Assembly (NCBI RefSeq): GCF_032191835.1
Contig: NC_083239.1
Coordinates: forward strand, 34,844,001 to 34,908,000
From: Heteronotia binoei
Lineage: Eukaryota
DNA length: 64,000 nt
Direction: 5' to 3'
Positions 23,487-36,323 of the stretch are shown one piece after another. Made by a program: the position numbers and the translations under genes. Numbering within the stretch: position 1 is the stretch's first letter; each line of letters starts with the position of its first letter. A model generated the notes under the pieces. That model did no database searches, was not told where the DNA came from, and saw nothing but the letters and a program-made list of their open reading frames with translations.

Positions 23487-24329
23487 CTGATCTTCTCTAA
23501 AGCTTTCTTTGAATTCATCTGTTTCCTCTTCCTTATATCGGGGCTTTCAGGACTATGCTGTTTCTCAAGAACCACGTGTGCAGCCTCCAGGTTGTTTTCT
23601 TGCTGCTCATCCATCACTGAAGATATCCCAGGGGCCATCAGACTTCTTGTCAAGTCACTCCCTCTTCTCCTCCTCTTGTCCATTTTCCCTTCCTCCTGTG
23701 CTCAGTCCTCTGCCAGCCACTTGGACCTTCTCTGAGGAGAAAGCCAGGGTATCAAAGAAGAAAATAAAGGGTATTTAAAATTATAAATAAAGGATTAAAT
23801 GAACATAAATGGAGGCATCCTATGTATACCCTTCTAAATTACTTATTTGGAGCATGGTTCAGTCAGTTTTCAACATTTTAAATCCCTTTGTTGATCCTAG
23901 GAGAGATATAAGCATTGGCATGTGTCTCTCTTAGTTTGTTAAGAACATTTCTGTATGCCACCTCTCCAGTAAACCTGTTTGAGGCAGTTTCATAGTATTT
24001 TACATTTTCCGGATTGTGTCCAGGATCCAATACTCAACAGTTTTGTTTTGCGCTGTGGATTAAAAATCAGGAGCTTTGGTTTACTATGGAGGCTTAGAGC
24101 TGATTGCAATTACTTTATCACTTTAATGAATCCATTCTTGGCTTTGAATGGCTCACACTGATAGGTCAGATAAATTAAAATCAGGGCTTTTTGTAGCAGA
24201 AACTCCTTTGCATATTAGGCCACACACCCCTTATGTAGCCAATCCTCAAAGAGCTTACCGGGCTCTTCATACAAGTATTGTAAACTCTGCTTTACTGCAT
24301 GGGTATGTGTGCATGTATGGAAAGGCTGC

Positions 24330-24700
24330 ACTTAGTGAAAACTGATACATACTGGGCCTGTACCAAGATGAAAATATATTGGAAATATATACATGAAGAG
24401 ATCCAAAATATTTTAAGAACCAAATTCCTGATGAAACTAGAGTCTATTCTATTGGCAATCTTGCCAGACAAGAACTTCACAAGACTTAGATATATGTTGA
24501 CAGCTGCTAGAGTAACACATTTGCAATTAAATGGAAGACAGAAGACTGTCCTACAATAGAGGTCTGGAAAGGAAAACTAGCTGAATATGCAACAGTGGCA
24601 AAGCTAACTAAATAGAAGACCACTAAAAGAATTTCAGCAGAAATTGCAAGCTTATTACTCATATTATGGAACAAAGTAGGAGTCTATTGCTTCAGACCAA
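24330..24700 (+). mobile_element. Degenerate L1-like ORF2 C-terminal fragment
   Basis: YW..IHEEIQNIL..ESILLAIL..YMLTAARV resembles the L1 region following the zinc knuckle. Confidence 0.55.
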
Positions 24701-26004
24701 CACGGCTGCCCACTAGGATTTTACTACTCATATTATGGGGAAAGTTAAATACCTTGGTTCTTGAGAAAAGTGACATATTATTAAAACTGAAAGCAGATCA
24801 GAGCCAAAAAAGATAATCCACAGTGGTTCTCATGAGCATTAAGCCTGGGGAGAACTGATGTGGTTTGTGTGATTCATCTGCTGAAACTAACTTTGGTTTC
24901 ACTGATAGCATATGTGCCCATATTAAAGGATACTCTTGGTTTTTCGCAGTGCATGCTGTCGTTTTTGAGAGCTGCTGTTCCAATGACTGCTAAGTCAGCA
25001 GCTTTTGAATGAAAAGATCCCAAAGGACAGCTTGATTATATGACATAACATCCCTTGTGATGTGCAACTGCAGGGATCTATGGAGCGTATTCTAGATTAC
25101 CCTTCATTTGGGGACAACTGGCTGTTACACAAGCCTCGCCAGTATTCTTCATGAAAAACTGATGCCAGCCCTTGGAGCAGGCACAGGGGTTTGACCCTCC
25201 CCCTCCTCAGATGGAATCACAAGGGTGGGAGGAGCCTATCAAGGCTCAGTGCAGGAGCACTGGCCAATTGGGGGTCGGCTAGCTGGCCAGGTCTGGCGGT
25301 GACTGCCAACCCTTGACCATTCCAGCTCAATGTGAGCTCCCCACCCACCCACACTTTTTCTTAAAACCATGTGGAATTAGCTAATTGTGGGGCTGAGCAG
25401 GAATTATTTTGGGCCTCACTCAAATTGGCCATGAGGGGGCTTTTTTTGTTTTACCTGCTCTGCATGGTCTGAGAAGGCAAGGCCTAACTTGGCCTGATAC
25501 AATAGGCTAGGCCCTTATGAAGATGGGAAAAGCATGGTTTGGGAGGGGTTTCGATCTGGCAAACACCTTGAGATCAGTGATGGGAGGGTGGGGTCCTCAA
25601 ACCAAGTACCTAGAGGCTTGGCAGTCTAGGTAGGGTTGCCAACCTCCAGGTGGGGCCTGGAGATCTCCTGCTTTTACAACTGATCTCCAGCTAGCAGAGA
25701 TCAGCTCCCCTGGAGAAAATAATAATATAAACAACCAAAGGTTATAGTGACCAAATTACTATGTAATACTGGTGTGCATGTACAAAAAAGCAAAATTGAC
25801 AAAAGAATTGCAAAATTCATAAATAATCTTCCACAAAAGGAGTCTCAATGTGCAGGTTGTTGACTTTAGAAGGTCCTGCTTCGATTAAAACTCTTCCAGC
25901 ATAGGGTGCTCCAGAAACTCTTAATGAAAATGTCCCCATTTAAAAAAATGGCTGCTTTGAAGAAGCTGAGGCCACTCTTCTCCCCAAACCCCACTCTCTA
26001 CAGG

Positions 26005-26355
26005 TTGTTGTTCAGTCACACATTTGAGTCTGACTCTTTTGTGACCCCATGGACCAAGTCATATCAGGCCTTCCTGTCTTCCACCATCCTCCGAAGTCTG
26101 CTCAAATTTGTGTTAGTTACATCAGTTATGCTATCCACCCATCTCATCTTTGCTGTCTCCTTCTTCTTTTGCCTTCTGTCTTTCCCAGAATCAGCATCTT
26201 CTCCAGTGAGTGCTCCCTTCTCATTGGGTGGCCAAAGCATTTGAGCTTCAGCGTCACCATCTGACCTTCCAGGAAACAGTCAGGGTTGATTTCCCTTAGG
26301 ACTGACTGATTTGATCTTGCAGTTCAAGGGATTCTCAAGAATCTTCTCCAGCACC
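26005..26355 (-). mobile_element. RTE/BovB LINE 3' fragment
   Basis: Typical BovB reverse-strand text (gactctttgtgaccccatggac..tggccaaagcatttgagcttcagc..gcagttcaagggattctcaaga..ctccagcacc). Confidence 0.8.
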
Positions 26356-27267
26356 TCTCTACAGGATCCACCCCAAAGCCTCCAGGTATTTTCCAACCAC
26401 ACACCTGGCAACCCTACCTTGGAGTTCAACCATGCTTGTCACAACCTTGCTCCTGGCTTCACCCCCAAAGTCTCCTGGCTCCACCCCCAAAGTCCTCAGA
26501 TATTTCCTGAGTTGGACCTGACAGCCCTAAGTCCAGGTGACCCAATTGGGGGCCTCTTTGGGGTTGGGGAAGCATATGACGAGCCTTAAGGCTTTGCAGT
26601 TGTGGGCAGGGATGTGCCCCCCCACTCATGCACTGAGCCAGGGAGGGTTTGCCCTGTTAGGAAGCTTGCCTTGCAAGCTCAATGCAACCCATGCTTTAAA
26701 TGTAATGAAATGGTGCAGATCAGCTTATATGTAAATAAAATTCCTAGTTTAAGTCAGGGGTGGAATTCTAGCAGGAGCTCCTTTGCATATTAGGCCACAT
26801 ACCCTTGATGTAGCCAATCCTCCAAGAGCTTACAAGGCTCTTTTTTGTAAGCTCTTGGAGGCTTGGCTACATCAGGGGGTGTGGCCTAATATGCAAAGCA
26901 GCTGCTGCTAGAATTCCACCCCTGGTTTAACCCATAACTTGTGTGGTGTTTCAATTGAGGGGTGAGTGGGCAACAGATGCCCTAGAACATTAACCAGCAT
27001 CCTGTGCGACACCTGCGGATTCTGTGGCTGATAAGCTATTGGAAACTGTTTGACAAAGATAGGAAGTGTAAAAACCACCGAAGTATGTCATGTCTAATGT
27101 TTGGGTTAAATATTTTTTGCTATGACTACAGAGCAGAATTAAAGTCCCATGGGAGAGGGAATAGCCTTTGCTGAATAACGCAGAAGACCACAAGTGAACT
27201 CTTAGTCTTCACTTCAGATTTCCTTATTAGATGTAGGAAAGGAATTGCCTGCCTTTATTCCATAGCA

Positions 27268-27402
27268 CAGGGGTGGCCAACGGTAGCTCTCCAGATGTTT
27301 TTGCCTACAACTCCCATCAGCCCCAGCCAGCATGGTCAATGGCTGGGGCTGATGGGAGTTGTAGGCAAAAAACATCTGGAGAGCTACCGTTGGCCACCCC
27401 TG
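27268..27402. mobile_element. Palindromic hAT-type MITE (family F)
   Basis: CAGGGGTGGCCAAC terminal repeats and full-length hairpin; TSD ccatagca/ccatagct. Other copies at 30114-30248 (perfect TSD CCTTATAT) and 30782-30916. Confidence 0.88.
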
Positions 27403-27408
27403 CCATAG

Positions 27409-27434
27409 CTGATGATCCCTTCTTTCCCTTGCAG
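27409..27434 (+). promoter_or_regulatory. 3' splice acceptor of the coding exon
   Basis: CTGAT, then polypyrimidine tract, then CAG at 27432-27434, 11 nt before the ATG; same cag|aagctgagaggATG context as the other paralogs. Confidence 0.75.
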
Positions 27435-27445
27435 AAGCTGAGAGG

Positions 27446-28066
27446 ATGGCCTCAGAGACTGTTGTCCTCGCTGTCTTCATCTTTACCTTCCTGATCGGTG
27501 TCCCATCCAACCTTCTGGCCTTCTACACGCTCCTGGTGAAACTGTGCCGCAAGCCAACCCCCATAGACCTCCTCTTGTTCAACTTGACCATTTCTGATAT
27601 TCTCCTTCTGCTTTTTCTGCCCTTCAAGATGGTGGAGGTCTCTTTCCACATGACCTGGCCTCTCCCCCCTTCCTTCTGCCCTCTCACCAGTTGCTGCTTC
27701 TACGGAAGTATGTACCAAAGCATCCCTTCCCTCATGACAATCAGTGTGGACCGCTACCTAGGTGTTGCATATCCCATCAAATACAAGTTGCATCGCAGGC
27801 CTGTCTATGCTCTAGTGGTCATCATCGTGCTCTGGTTGTTGGGTTTCTTCCATTGCAGCATTGTCTACATTTTCAGGCATGGAGGCTCCAACGAGAGCAT
27901 TCCGTACTCAGCTAATAGCTCCCGTTGCTTTGAGAATTTCTCCCCTGAGCAGCTCCATGTTGTCTTCTCTCTCCGTCTGGAGCTGTGCCTTGTCTTCTTC
28001 TGCCCCCCTTTCACCATCACACTCTTCTGCTATGTGAACATTTTCTGCATCCTGAATTCCCTTTGA
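27446..28066 (+). pseudogene. FFAR2-like gene truncated after TM5 (206-aa ORF), subfamily A
   Basis: ORF aligns to the 13075-14085 protein through TM1-TM5 (LPFKMVEV, DRYLGV, CFENFSP, LRLELC), then stops at TGA where the sequence switches into a MITE interior (28063-28356). Confidence 0.88.
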
Positions 28067-28356
28067 CAAACCTTTTAATATTTTCCCCCACCAAACAATG
28101 GGAAAACAACCAAAACATAAAGCAGACAGATGGCAATCTTCATCATGCCACTGTGGCCACAGAGGAGAAAGTAATTTAAAAAGCATGATGGGAGGAAGGT
28201 TTTCTTATGACCATTATAATTCAAGAAGCATTTTCAGGTAGATGCTGAGCTGATATAATTTAGTACACTTTGCAGTGATGTCAAGGGTCTGTGGCATATG
28301 CAAATGAGTTGTGCTAATGAGCTCTGGCACCTCTTTTCCTGTGAAATGACCCCTGA
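28063..28356 (+). mobile_element. 3' half of a long hAT-type MITE fused to the truncated receptor ORF
   Basis: Homologous to 29730-29900 and 30400-30500; ends gaaatgacccctg; 5' part absent. Confidence 0.75.
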
Positions 28357-29051
28357 CTAGAGACATGAAAATGTGATAAGGAAATGTTCCTGTGCTGTGA
28401 GAAAAGCTTCCTTGGCTGGTTTTGCCAGATCTTCCTGGTACTATAAGGCACAAGAAGAGGCTAGAACTGCTTGCCAGCTCCCTTATTGGGTATAGTGCAA
28501 GAGATGGCCAAGGCTCTCATTAAGAGAGGACGGAATGTTAGTATGACTACTGCATTCCATGAAGTAAATGACAGGAAATTACTAGAGATTCCCAGAGAGA
28601 GCATATAGAATTGGATACTCCATACTGACTGAGAAGCAGCATTAGAAATCGAAGGAACACAGCTTCAGTCAACTTCCTTTCAGAAGTAAAATATTTTCTT
28701 GAAAAAGTAAAATCAAAATATTTTCTGGAAAAAGATTCATCCGAAACAGAGCAATAAGGACCATATTGGGGCATTTTGGAGAGTTGGAGTGAGGACTTTA
28801 CTTGTCTAATTACACATACATATGGAATACTCAATAGAAAGCCTGTAGAAATTGTATTTTTGAACCTTGGTGGATGGTGGCATGTTGTATTTGAGTGTGG
28901 CATTTGTATTTGAGTGCAAAAAATATTTTTGTAAGAATTCACATGAATTCCAGTAAAAACTTTATTTTGTACATTTACCTATTGACATGGTGAGATGTTT
29001 CCATTTTCAGATTTGCAGTTTATTTCCCCATGCTCCCACTTAGTTCTAAAT

Positions 29052-29451
29052 CAGGGATGACCAAACTTGCTCAACGTAAGAGCCACATAAAATAAATGTC
29101 AGATGTTTGAGAGCTATGAGANNNNNNNNNNNNNNNNNNNNNNNNNNNNNNNNNNNNNNNNNNNNNNNNNNNNNNNNNNNNNNNNNNNNNNNNNNNNNNN
29201 NNNNNNNNNNNNNNNNNNNNNNNNNNNNNNNNNNNNNNNNNNNNNNNNNNNNNNNNNNNNNNNNGATGGAGGGAGAGGTGAAAACTTTCAATGCCTTCTC
29301 CAAGGCACTGGCTGGCTTGACTGGGATAAGTGATTTAAAGGGACAAATAATTTCTCCAAGCCAGCCCATGAGGTGATGGGGGCTTCAGAAGCCACACAAA
29401 ATCTGTGAAAGAGCCACATATGGCTCCTGAGCCACAGTTTGGCCACTCCTG
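29052..29451 (+). mobile_element. hAT-type MITE (family G), containing an assembly gap
   Basis: Perfect TSD TTCTAAAT; homologous to 63568-63889. Confidence 0.8.
29122..29264. other. Assembly gap (N run)
   Basis: 143 Ns. Confidence 0.99.
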
Positions 29452-31304
29452 TTCTAAATTCTCTAGTTGGGGCAGGGGAACTTTGCCTTGAGCTCCTGTT
29501 TCTCCTTGGCACTCTAAGCTGTGGTTGTGGTGGGGAATAGAAAAAAAAATCACCAGCATTGTGACCAGGCCTCATTTTGGGTAGGAGCTCACAGGAACAG
29601 AGCTCCAGAAGCTCTAAATTTTATTGTGTTCTTTCTTTCTTACCCCCCCTCCCCCAAAAATACTTGCTTCTAGGCTCCATTGTTCAAATCCCCTGTGAGA
29701 ATTTTGCCGAAGTCTAAGAGCTGACAAACTTTCTAATATTTTCTCCTGCCAAAAATGGGAAAATAACCAAAACATCTAAAGCTTACAGATGGAAATCTTC
29801 ATCATGCCACTGTGGCCATATAGGAGAAAGTAATTTTAAAAGTACGATGGGAGTAAGGATTTATTATGACAATGAAAATCCAAGTCGCATTCTTAGATGC
29901 TGCACTGGTATTTTATTTATTTACTTTAGATTTGTATGCCGCCCACTCTGTGAGCGGACTCTGGGTGGCTAACAGTCATGATAAAACAATGTAAATATAA
30001 TTATAAAAGAATAAAACATATATACACAATTCAAAAAGTACATTATTAGGTGCTATAAAAAGGTTTTGTAACAATGTTGACTTCTCCATATCTCAATGCT
30101 TTATTCCTTATATCAGGGGTGGCCAACGGTAGCTCTACAGATGTTTTTGCCTACAACTCCCATCAGCCCCAGCCATTGGCCATGCTGGCTGGGGCTGATG
30201 GGAGTTGTAGGCAAAAAACATCTAGAACGCTACCATTGGCCACCCCTGCCTTATATTACTTATATAACAGTGCAGCATCTAAAAATCAGTGATCTTACAG
30301 ATGATATTGTTCAGCGACAGAACATAACAGTGGTACCTTCCTCCCACGTTAGTTGTTATAGGCCTGATGGAAGAGTTCAATTTTGCAAATTATAAGTTAT
30401 AATTTAGTACACCTTCCGGTGATGCCAGGGGTGTGTGGCATATGCAAATGAGCTATGCAAATGAGCTCCAGCACGTCTTTTTCTACGAAATGACTCCTGA
30501 TTGTGAGTATGATGATGTCACTTCCAGAGAAAGTCTGGAGGAAACAGCAGTAACTCTTGGGAATCTAGTGAATTCTAGGAACCCTAGATTACTAGGGCTT
30601 TTTTGTAGCAGGAACTCCTTTGCGTATTAGGCCACCCCCACCCCCGATATAGCCAATCCTTCAAGAGCTTACAGTAGACCCTGTAAGAAGAGCCCTGTAA
30701 GCTCTTGGAGGATTGGCTACATCAAGGGGCTGTAACCTAATATGCAAAGGAGTTCCTGCTACAAAAAAGCCTTGTTTAGACCAGGGGTGCCAATGGTAGC
30801 TCTCCAGATGTTTTTTGCCTACAACTCCCATCAGCCCCAGCCATTGGCCATGCTGGCTGGGGCTGATGGGAGTTGTAGGCAAAAAACATCTGGAGAGCTA
30901 CCGTTGGCCACCCCTGGGCTAGACCATCCCATGTGTCTCCATCCCCAACCACCCTGCCTGTTGCCAGGCTTAGCTTTGCAATCTTACCTTCCATACAGCG
31001 TCTTCTATCTGTTGCTCTGTACTTGTGTTGCCATTTAGAGGCCCCATTTAGCTTCTGGATGTCCTGCTGTGCTCCTACATGCAGGTGCAGGGGCAATCTA
31101 TCACAGCTTCAGGATTTAGAGCGTTGTGCTCCAAGGATGGAGAACTACATTGTTGCCCGTCCCTGATACCGCGCTTGAGATAGCACAACCAAAGAGATGT
31201 GGTGAATGTCCAGAGATCAGATTGACAGAGTTCAAAACGGAAATGGTGCTGGAGGAAAGTGCCTTTTAGGCATAGCCAATTTGTGGTGAGATGATCCCAT
31301 AGAG

Positions 31305-31892
31305 CAGGGGTGTCAAACATGAGGTCTGGGAGCCAAATCAGGCCACTGGAGGGCTCCTATCAGGCCCCCAAGCAACTGGCTGACATCTGCCTCCTTCTCC
31401 CTCTCTTTTGCTTCCTTTTACATCACAGCTTGCTTTGCCAGGCTTGCTCAATTGCACAGGCACTACAGAGCAAAGCTTCTATTTTCTCCATCTGCTGGGT
31501 CTCCTCCCTTGGGGGGGAAGGGATAGCTTGCTTTGCCAGGCTCTCTCAATTGCACAGCAGAGCTACTGAGCCAAGCCTCTCTTCCTTCTATTGATTGAGG
31601 TTTCTCCCCCTCCTGGTCCCCTGGGGAAGGAAGGAAAGAGACAGAGCTTCCTTTGCCCAGTTCCCTGGATCCCATGGGAGAGATTCAAATAAAGCACCTT
31701 TAAGACCGACGAGTGCTAATGTTTTAATTATGTTTTAAGGTTTTTTTTTCCAAAAAATTGTATTTGTCTGTGTCTTTTATAAAGTTTATCTCTGCTATCT
31801 GACATTACATTTTATGACACGAATGGCCCGGCCCGACAAGGTCTCATTTATATCAGATCTGGCCCTCATAACTAATGAGCTTGACACCCCTG
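31305..31892. mobile_element. hAT (Charlie-like) MITE
   Basis: CAGGGGTGTCAA terminal inverted repeats; perfect TSD CCATAGAG. Confidence 0.88.
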
Positions 31893-31921
31893 CCATAGAG
31901 TTTTCAAAGCAAGAGAGACAT

Positions 31922-32045
31922 TCAGAGGTGGTTTGTTATCGCTTGCCCCTGTGAAGCAACCCTGGGCTTTCTTGGTAGTTTCTCATGAAAGTATTCACCA
32001 GGACCAACTCTACTTAGTTTCTGAGAACAGATGAGATCAACCATG
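31922..32045 (-). mobile_element. 5S rRNA-derived SINE
   Basis: Reverse-complement homology to 54150-54260. Confidence 0.55.
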
Positions 32046-34912
32046 ATGAATGAATAAAAGAATACACATGTTGTGTTTAAGCTTTTGGGATGAGTTGGGG
32101 AACAAAGAAAAGGTAGAAACATGCAGTCCTCTTTCCCTGCACTAGGTACTTCCTAGAGGAAGCTTGCTTTACTTGAAGACGCAGTCGTTCAAAGTTCATC
32201 GTTGCCTAATTTCTCATGGTTGGGTCTTCCCTCCACTGTATCTGCTACCCAGGCAAGATGATGGCCCTAGGTAAAAGCTTAATCCATCATGGCTGTGCCC
32301 ATCAACAGAGCTGTCGCAGATGGAAAAGTGCATTCTTCCTCACGTCCTAAGTTTAAGTAACCTCCCCCCCACCCTGCCCTTGGGATTACTTCACTGTGCC
32401 TTCCTGTCGCAAAGAAAGATCTTCCTTCTATCACCTCAGTCTTCTTAGCTTCATGGCTCTAGGCGTGACTTACCGTACTTTCAGGGAGTGAGTTAGTAAG
32501 CTATTAGTATTAACTATTAGTATTAACTAGGAGCTTGAGTGCCCTCTGCTGGGAGCTCATTGAATCCTTTCTCCAGCCCCTCTCCCTTCTGCTGTCTGAT
32601 GAAGTCTGCTTAAGAGCATACGAAAGCTTACATTCTGAATAAATCTTAGTTGGTCTTAAAGGTGCTCTTGTCTACTGCTTTGTGCTCGTTTTGCAGCTGG
32701 GCTTCTATCCAGGGACACACAGCGGTTACAATAGTTGCAGTCTGGAGGTGAATTCTTGCATGGATGACATTTCACCCTCCTGCGTGATGAAGCAGTGGGC
32801 GTAAAGGGGGGAAATCTGGAATCGTGCAATGGTGGTTTTCAAAGTCTGTGTCCCCTTGTGGCTCCTGTGGACTGCCAGGTGGGGCCAGGGCTGTCTTTGT
32901 AGCTGGAACTCCTTTGGTGTAGCCAATCCTCCAAGAGCTTACAGGGCTTTTAGTACAGGGCCTACTTTAAGTTCTTGGAGGATTGGCTCCATCAGAGTTG
33001 TGTGGCCTAATATGCAAAGGAGTTTCTGCTACAAAAAAAAAAAGCCCTGGCTGGGTAGGGTTGCCAAGTCCAATTCAAGAAATATCTGGGGACTTTGGGG
33101 GTGGAGCCAGGAGACTTTGGGGGTGGAGCCAGGAGACATTAGGGGTGGAGCCAAGATCAAGGCTGTGACAAGCATAATTGAACTCCAAAGGGAGTTCTGG
33201 CCATCACATTTAAAGGGACGGCACAGTCTGAAGATGGAACTTTTCTGAGCCCAAGATTTGTAATTGCGGGCTAATCGCTGCTAGGGGTTGCTAGAGGCCC
33301 AGCAGCGGCAATGACTGATGGAAAAGCTGACACCTCTACCACTGCCGATTCACAATCCAGGAAGGGCTATTTCCTGTCTATGGGGCACTATGTTTAGCCT
33401 GTGCATCTTATTTTCATCTCCTCTTCTGCACCAATACAAGCAGAGCTGAACAAAACTGGAAAGGCACATTTGTGTCCTGTTTGTGGGCTACATAGAGGTA
33501 GCTGGTTGACCATGATGTGAACAAAATGCTGGACTAGATGGGCCTTTGGTCTGCTCCAATATGACTCTTTTTACATTCTTATCAAGACATTTTTTGTAGA
33601 AAAGGCTAGGCCTCGGATTCAATGGGAGCTCACAGGAGCACAGCTGCTGACCTTTCTGAGAGTTCCACCTCCTCCTTCCCACTTTATCCATTGAATAGTA
33701 GGTGCAGCTGCATTACAATCCCTGGATGAGCTCCACCACCTATTTTTCTACAGAACGACCTCTGAACAAGCCCAACAGGAACTTATTTGCTTATTAGGCC
33801 ACACCCCCTGACATCACCATTGTTTCACACAGGGCTTTTCTTTGTAGAAAAAGCCCAGCAGGAACACATCTGCATATTAGGCCACACCTCATGATGTCAA
33901 GCCAGATGGAACTGAATTCCTGTGCGTTCCTGCTCAAAAAAAGTCCTGGTTCTTATGCTATTTACTAGGGCTTTTTTGTTGTAGAAACTCCTTTGTATAT
34001 TAGGATACACACCCCTGAAGTAGCCAATCCTTACAGAGCTCTTATTGCAGGGCCTACTGGAAGCTCTTGGAGGATTGGCTACATCAGGGGTGTGTGGCCT
34101 AATATGCAAAGGAGTTCCTGCTACAAAAAAAGCTCTGTTATTAACAAAAATGTCACACTTTTATATCTGAGGTATGTTCTTTCCATAACACTGAAAGGAC
34201 ATGTACATGTCCAGAAAACACCTTGTTCAAATAACCAACTCTTAATCTTCCATTACCAATATTAGGGTCACCAGGTCCCCCTGGCCACGTGCAGAAGCTG
34301 GCAGGTAGGGTTGCCAGATTTCGGTTGGGAAACTTCTGGAGATCTGGGGATGGAACGTAGAGGGAACAGGGACTTTAGTGGGGTACAATGCCGCAAAGTC
34401 CACCTTCTAAAGCATCCATTTCCTCCAGCAGAACTGATGCAGCAGAACTGATCTCTAGTCTATGGGTGTAATTCTGAGAGATTCCCAGGTCCTAGCTGGA
34501 GTCTGGCGTGACTAATGATAATATTTGGTTGCCCTATAAAAACATGTGTCCATCTCTCTAGCACATTGTTACTCCTCTCTTCTTGTCCTCCTGCCCCCCA
34601 TTTTATCCTCACAACATTCGGTGAAGGGGAGGTTAGGCAGAGACCGTGCGACTGACCCAAATTCACCCAGCAGTTTGTAGGATTGCCAGCAATGGGTTGG
34701 GACACACCTGGAGATTTTGGTTGGTGGAACCTGAGGAGGGTGGGTTTTGAGAAGGGGAGGAACTGCAGTGGGCTATAATGCCATGGAGTCCTCCTTCCAA
34801 AGTTACCATTTCTTCCAGTTGAATTGATCTTTGTCACCTGGAGGTCAGTCAGTTGTAATCCCAGGATAGCTACAGCCACCACCTGGAGGCTACAAGCAAG
34901 AGAGAACAATGA

Positions 34913-34978
34913 GAGGAAGAAGAAGAAGAAGAAGAAGAAGAAGAGGAGGAGGAGGAGGAGGAGGAGGAGGAGGAGGAG
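34913..34978. repeat. Compound microsatellite (AGA)n(GGA)n
   Basis: Directly visible. Confidence 0.95.
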
Positions 34979-35016
34979 ACTGGATTTACGTTCAGCTTTC
35001 ATAAGATACCCATTCC

Positions 35017-35186
35017 CAGGGGTGGAATTCTAGCAGGAGCTCCTTTGCATATTAGGCCATGCCTCCTGATGTAGCCAGTCCTCCAAGAGCTTACGTGGCT
35101 CTTCTTTGTAAGCTCTTGGAGGATTGGCTACATCAGGGGTGTGTGGTCTAATATGCAAAGGAGCTCCTGCTAGAATTCCACCCCTG
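35017..35186. mobile_element. Palindromic MITE (family D)
   Basis: Perfect TSD CCCATTCC. Confidence 0.88.
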
Positions 35187-36164
35187 CCCATTCCAGATAT
35201 TCCAAGAAGTTTCAATTCAAATCTTCCTCGTTTTTCAGGCTGTTAAATGGAGTGTATTCAGTGTCCTGCTCTATCCCCTTATTGGAAAACTGTGGACTTA
35301 TTGATGATTTGTATTATGAACCCAAGGGATTGGGGTGGGGGGACAATGGAAAGATGATGAAATAATTGTATAAACTGGCATATGACTAAACCTGTTGAAT
35401 ATTGTGAATGACTGTTATGTATGGTTTTGCATTTTGCTATGGAATATATGTATGACTGAAATTTGAGAACTGTTTGATAATTTGAAACTTAGTGGTTTCT
35501 CCATTCCCTGGAACAAAAGAGGCTGGCAACACAATGTGGCTTATGAGAGACATTCTCAGATCATATTGGGGACATTACAAGGACTCAGATGGTAAATAAC
35601 CTTGATCTTCGCTGCTCCAGCTGGCGGCAAGGTAAGAGGCAGCGAGGCAGGAAGGAAGCTCTCAGCTCTTCTCCACTGCCACTCCGCCTCTTCCTTTCTC
35701 TTCCCGGCCTCCAGACTCAAGCTTTGCTCATTGCTGTCAGAGAGGAACAGGCCAGCCCCTGCCTTCGCTTCCCTTCCTCCCTGGAAAAGTGGTGAGGGCA
35801 CCCAGCAGCAGGTAGGGGCAGTGGTGCAGCATGGCAGTGGGCGCACTCCAGCATGCCAACTGGGGCCTGCTGCCACACACTGGTGGGGAGGGAGGAAGGG
35901 CACACAGTGGGTGGAAAGTTAGGGGCAGTGGGGTGGCTTGTCTGGGGTGGCAGTCAAGTGCTCACATGGTGTTTGTTGTGGGGAGGGGAAGGGAAAGGAG
36001 ATTGTAAGCCTCATTGAGACTCCTTCAGGTAGTGAAGGGTGAGGTATAAATCCAATCTCATCTTCTTTTCTTCCTCAGTGGAGAAAGGAGGACAGTGTTG
36101 TAAGCCACTATGAGTCCACATTGGGTAGAAAAGCAAGGTGTGACTATATAAAACGAATAAATAG

Positions 36165-36323
36165 CAGGCCTCGAATTCAGTGGGAGCTCACAGGAGCACA
36201 GCTCCTGAAGCTTTCTGGTAGTTCTACTTCCTCCTTCCCATCTTGTCCACTGAATATTAGGTGCAGCTGCATAGCAATCCCTGGATGAGCTCCACCACCT
36301 ATTTTTCTACAAAATGACCTCTG
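36165..36323 (+). mobile_element. hAT-type MITE (family A, short)
   Basis: Perfect TSD ATAAATAG. Confidence 0.85.

Noticed and set aside
23423-23735. Apparent coding exon MDKRRRRGSD...GAEW with an acceptor and a GTAAGC donor
   Set aside because: The donor and last codons are the head of a Sauria-type SINE, there is an in-frame stop upstream, and no recognisable family.
34460-35002. 180-aa ORF with poly-L and poly-F
   Set aside because: Translation of the (AGA)n(GGA)n microsatellite plus MITE sequence.
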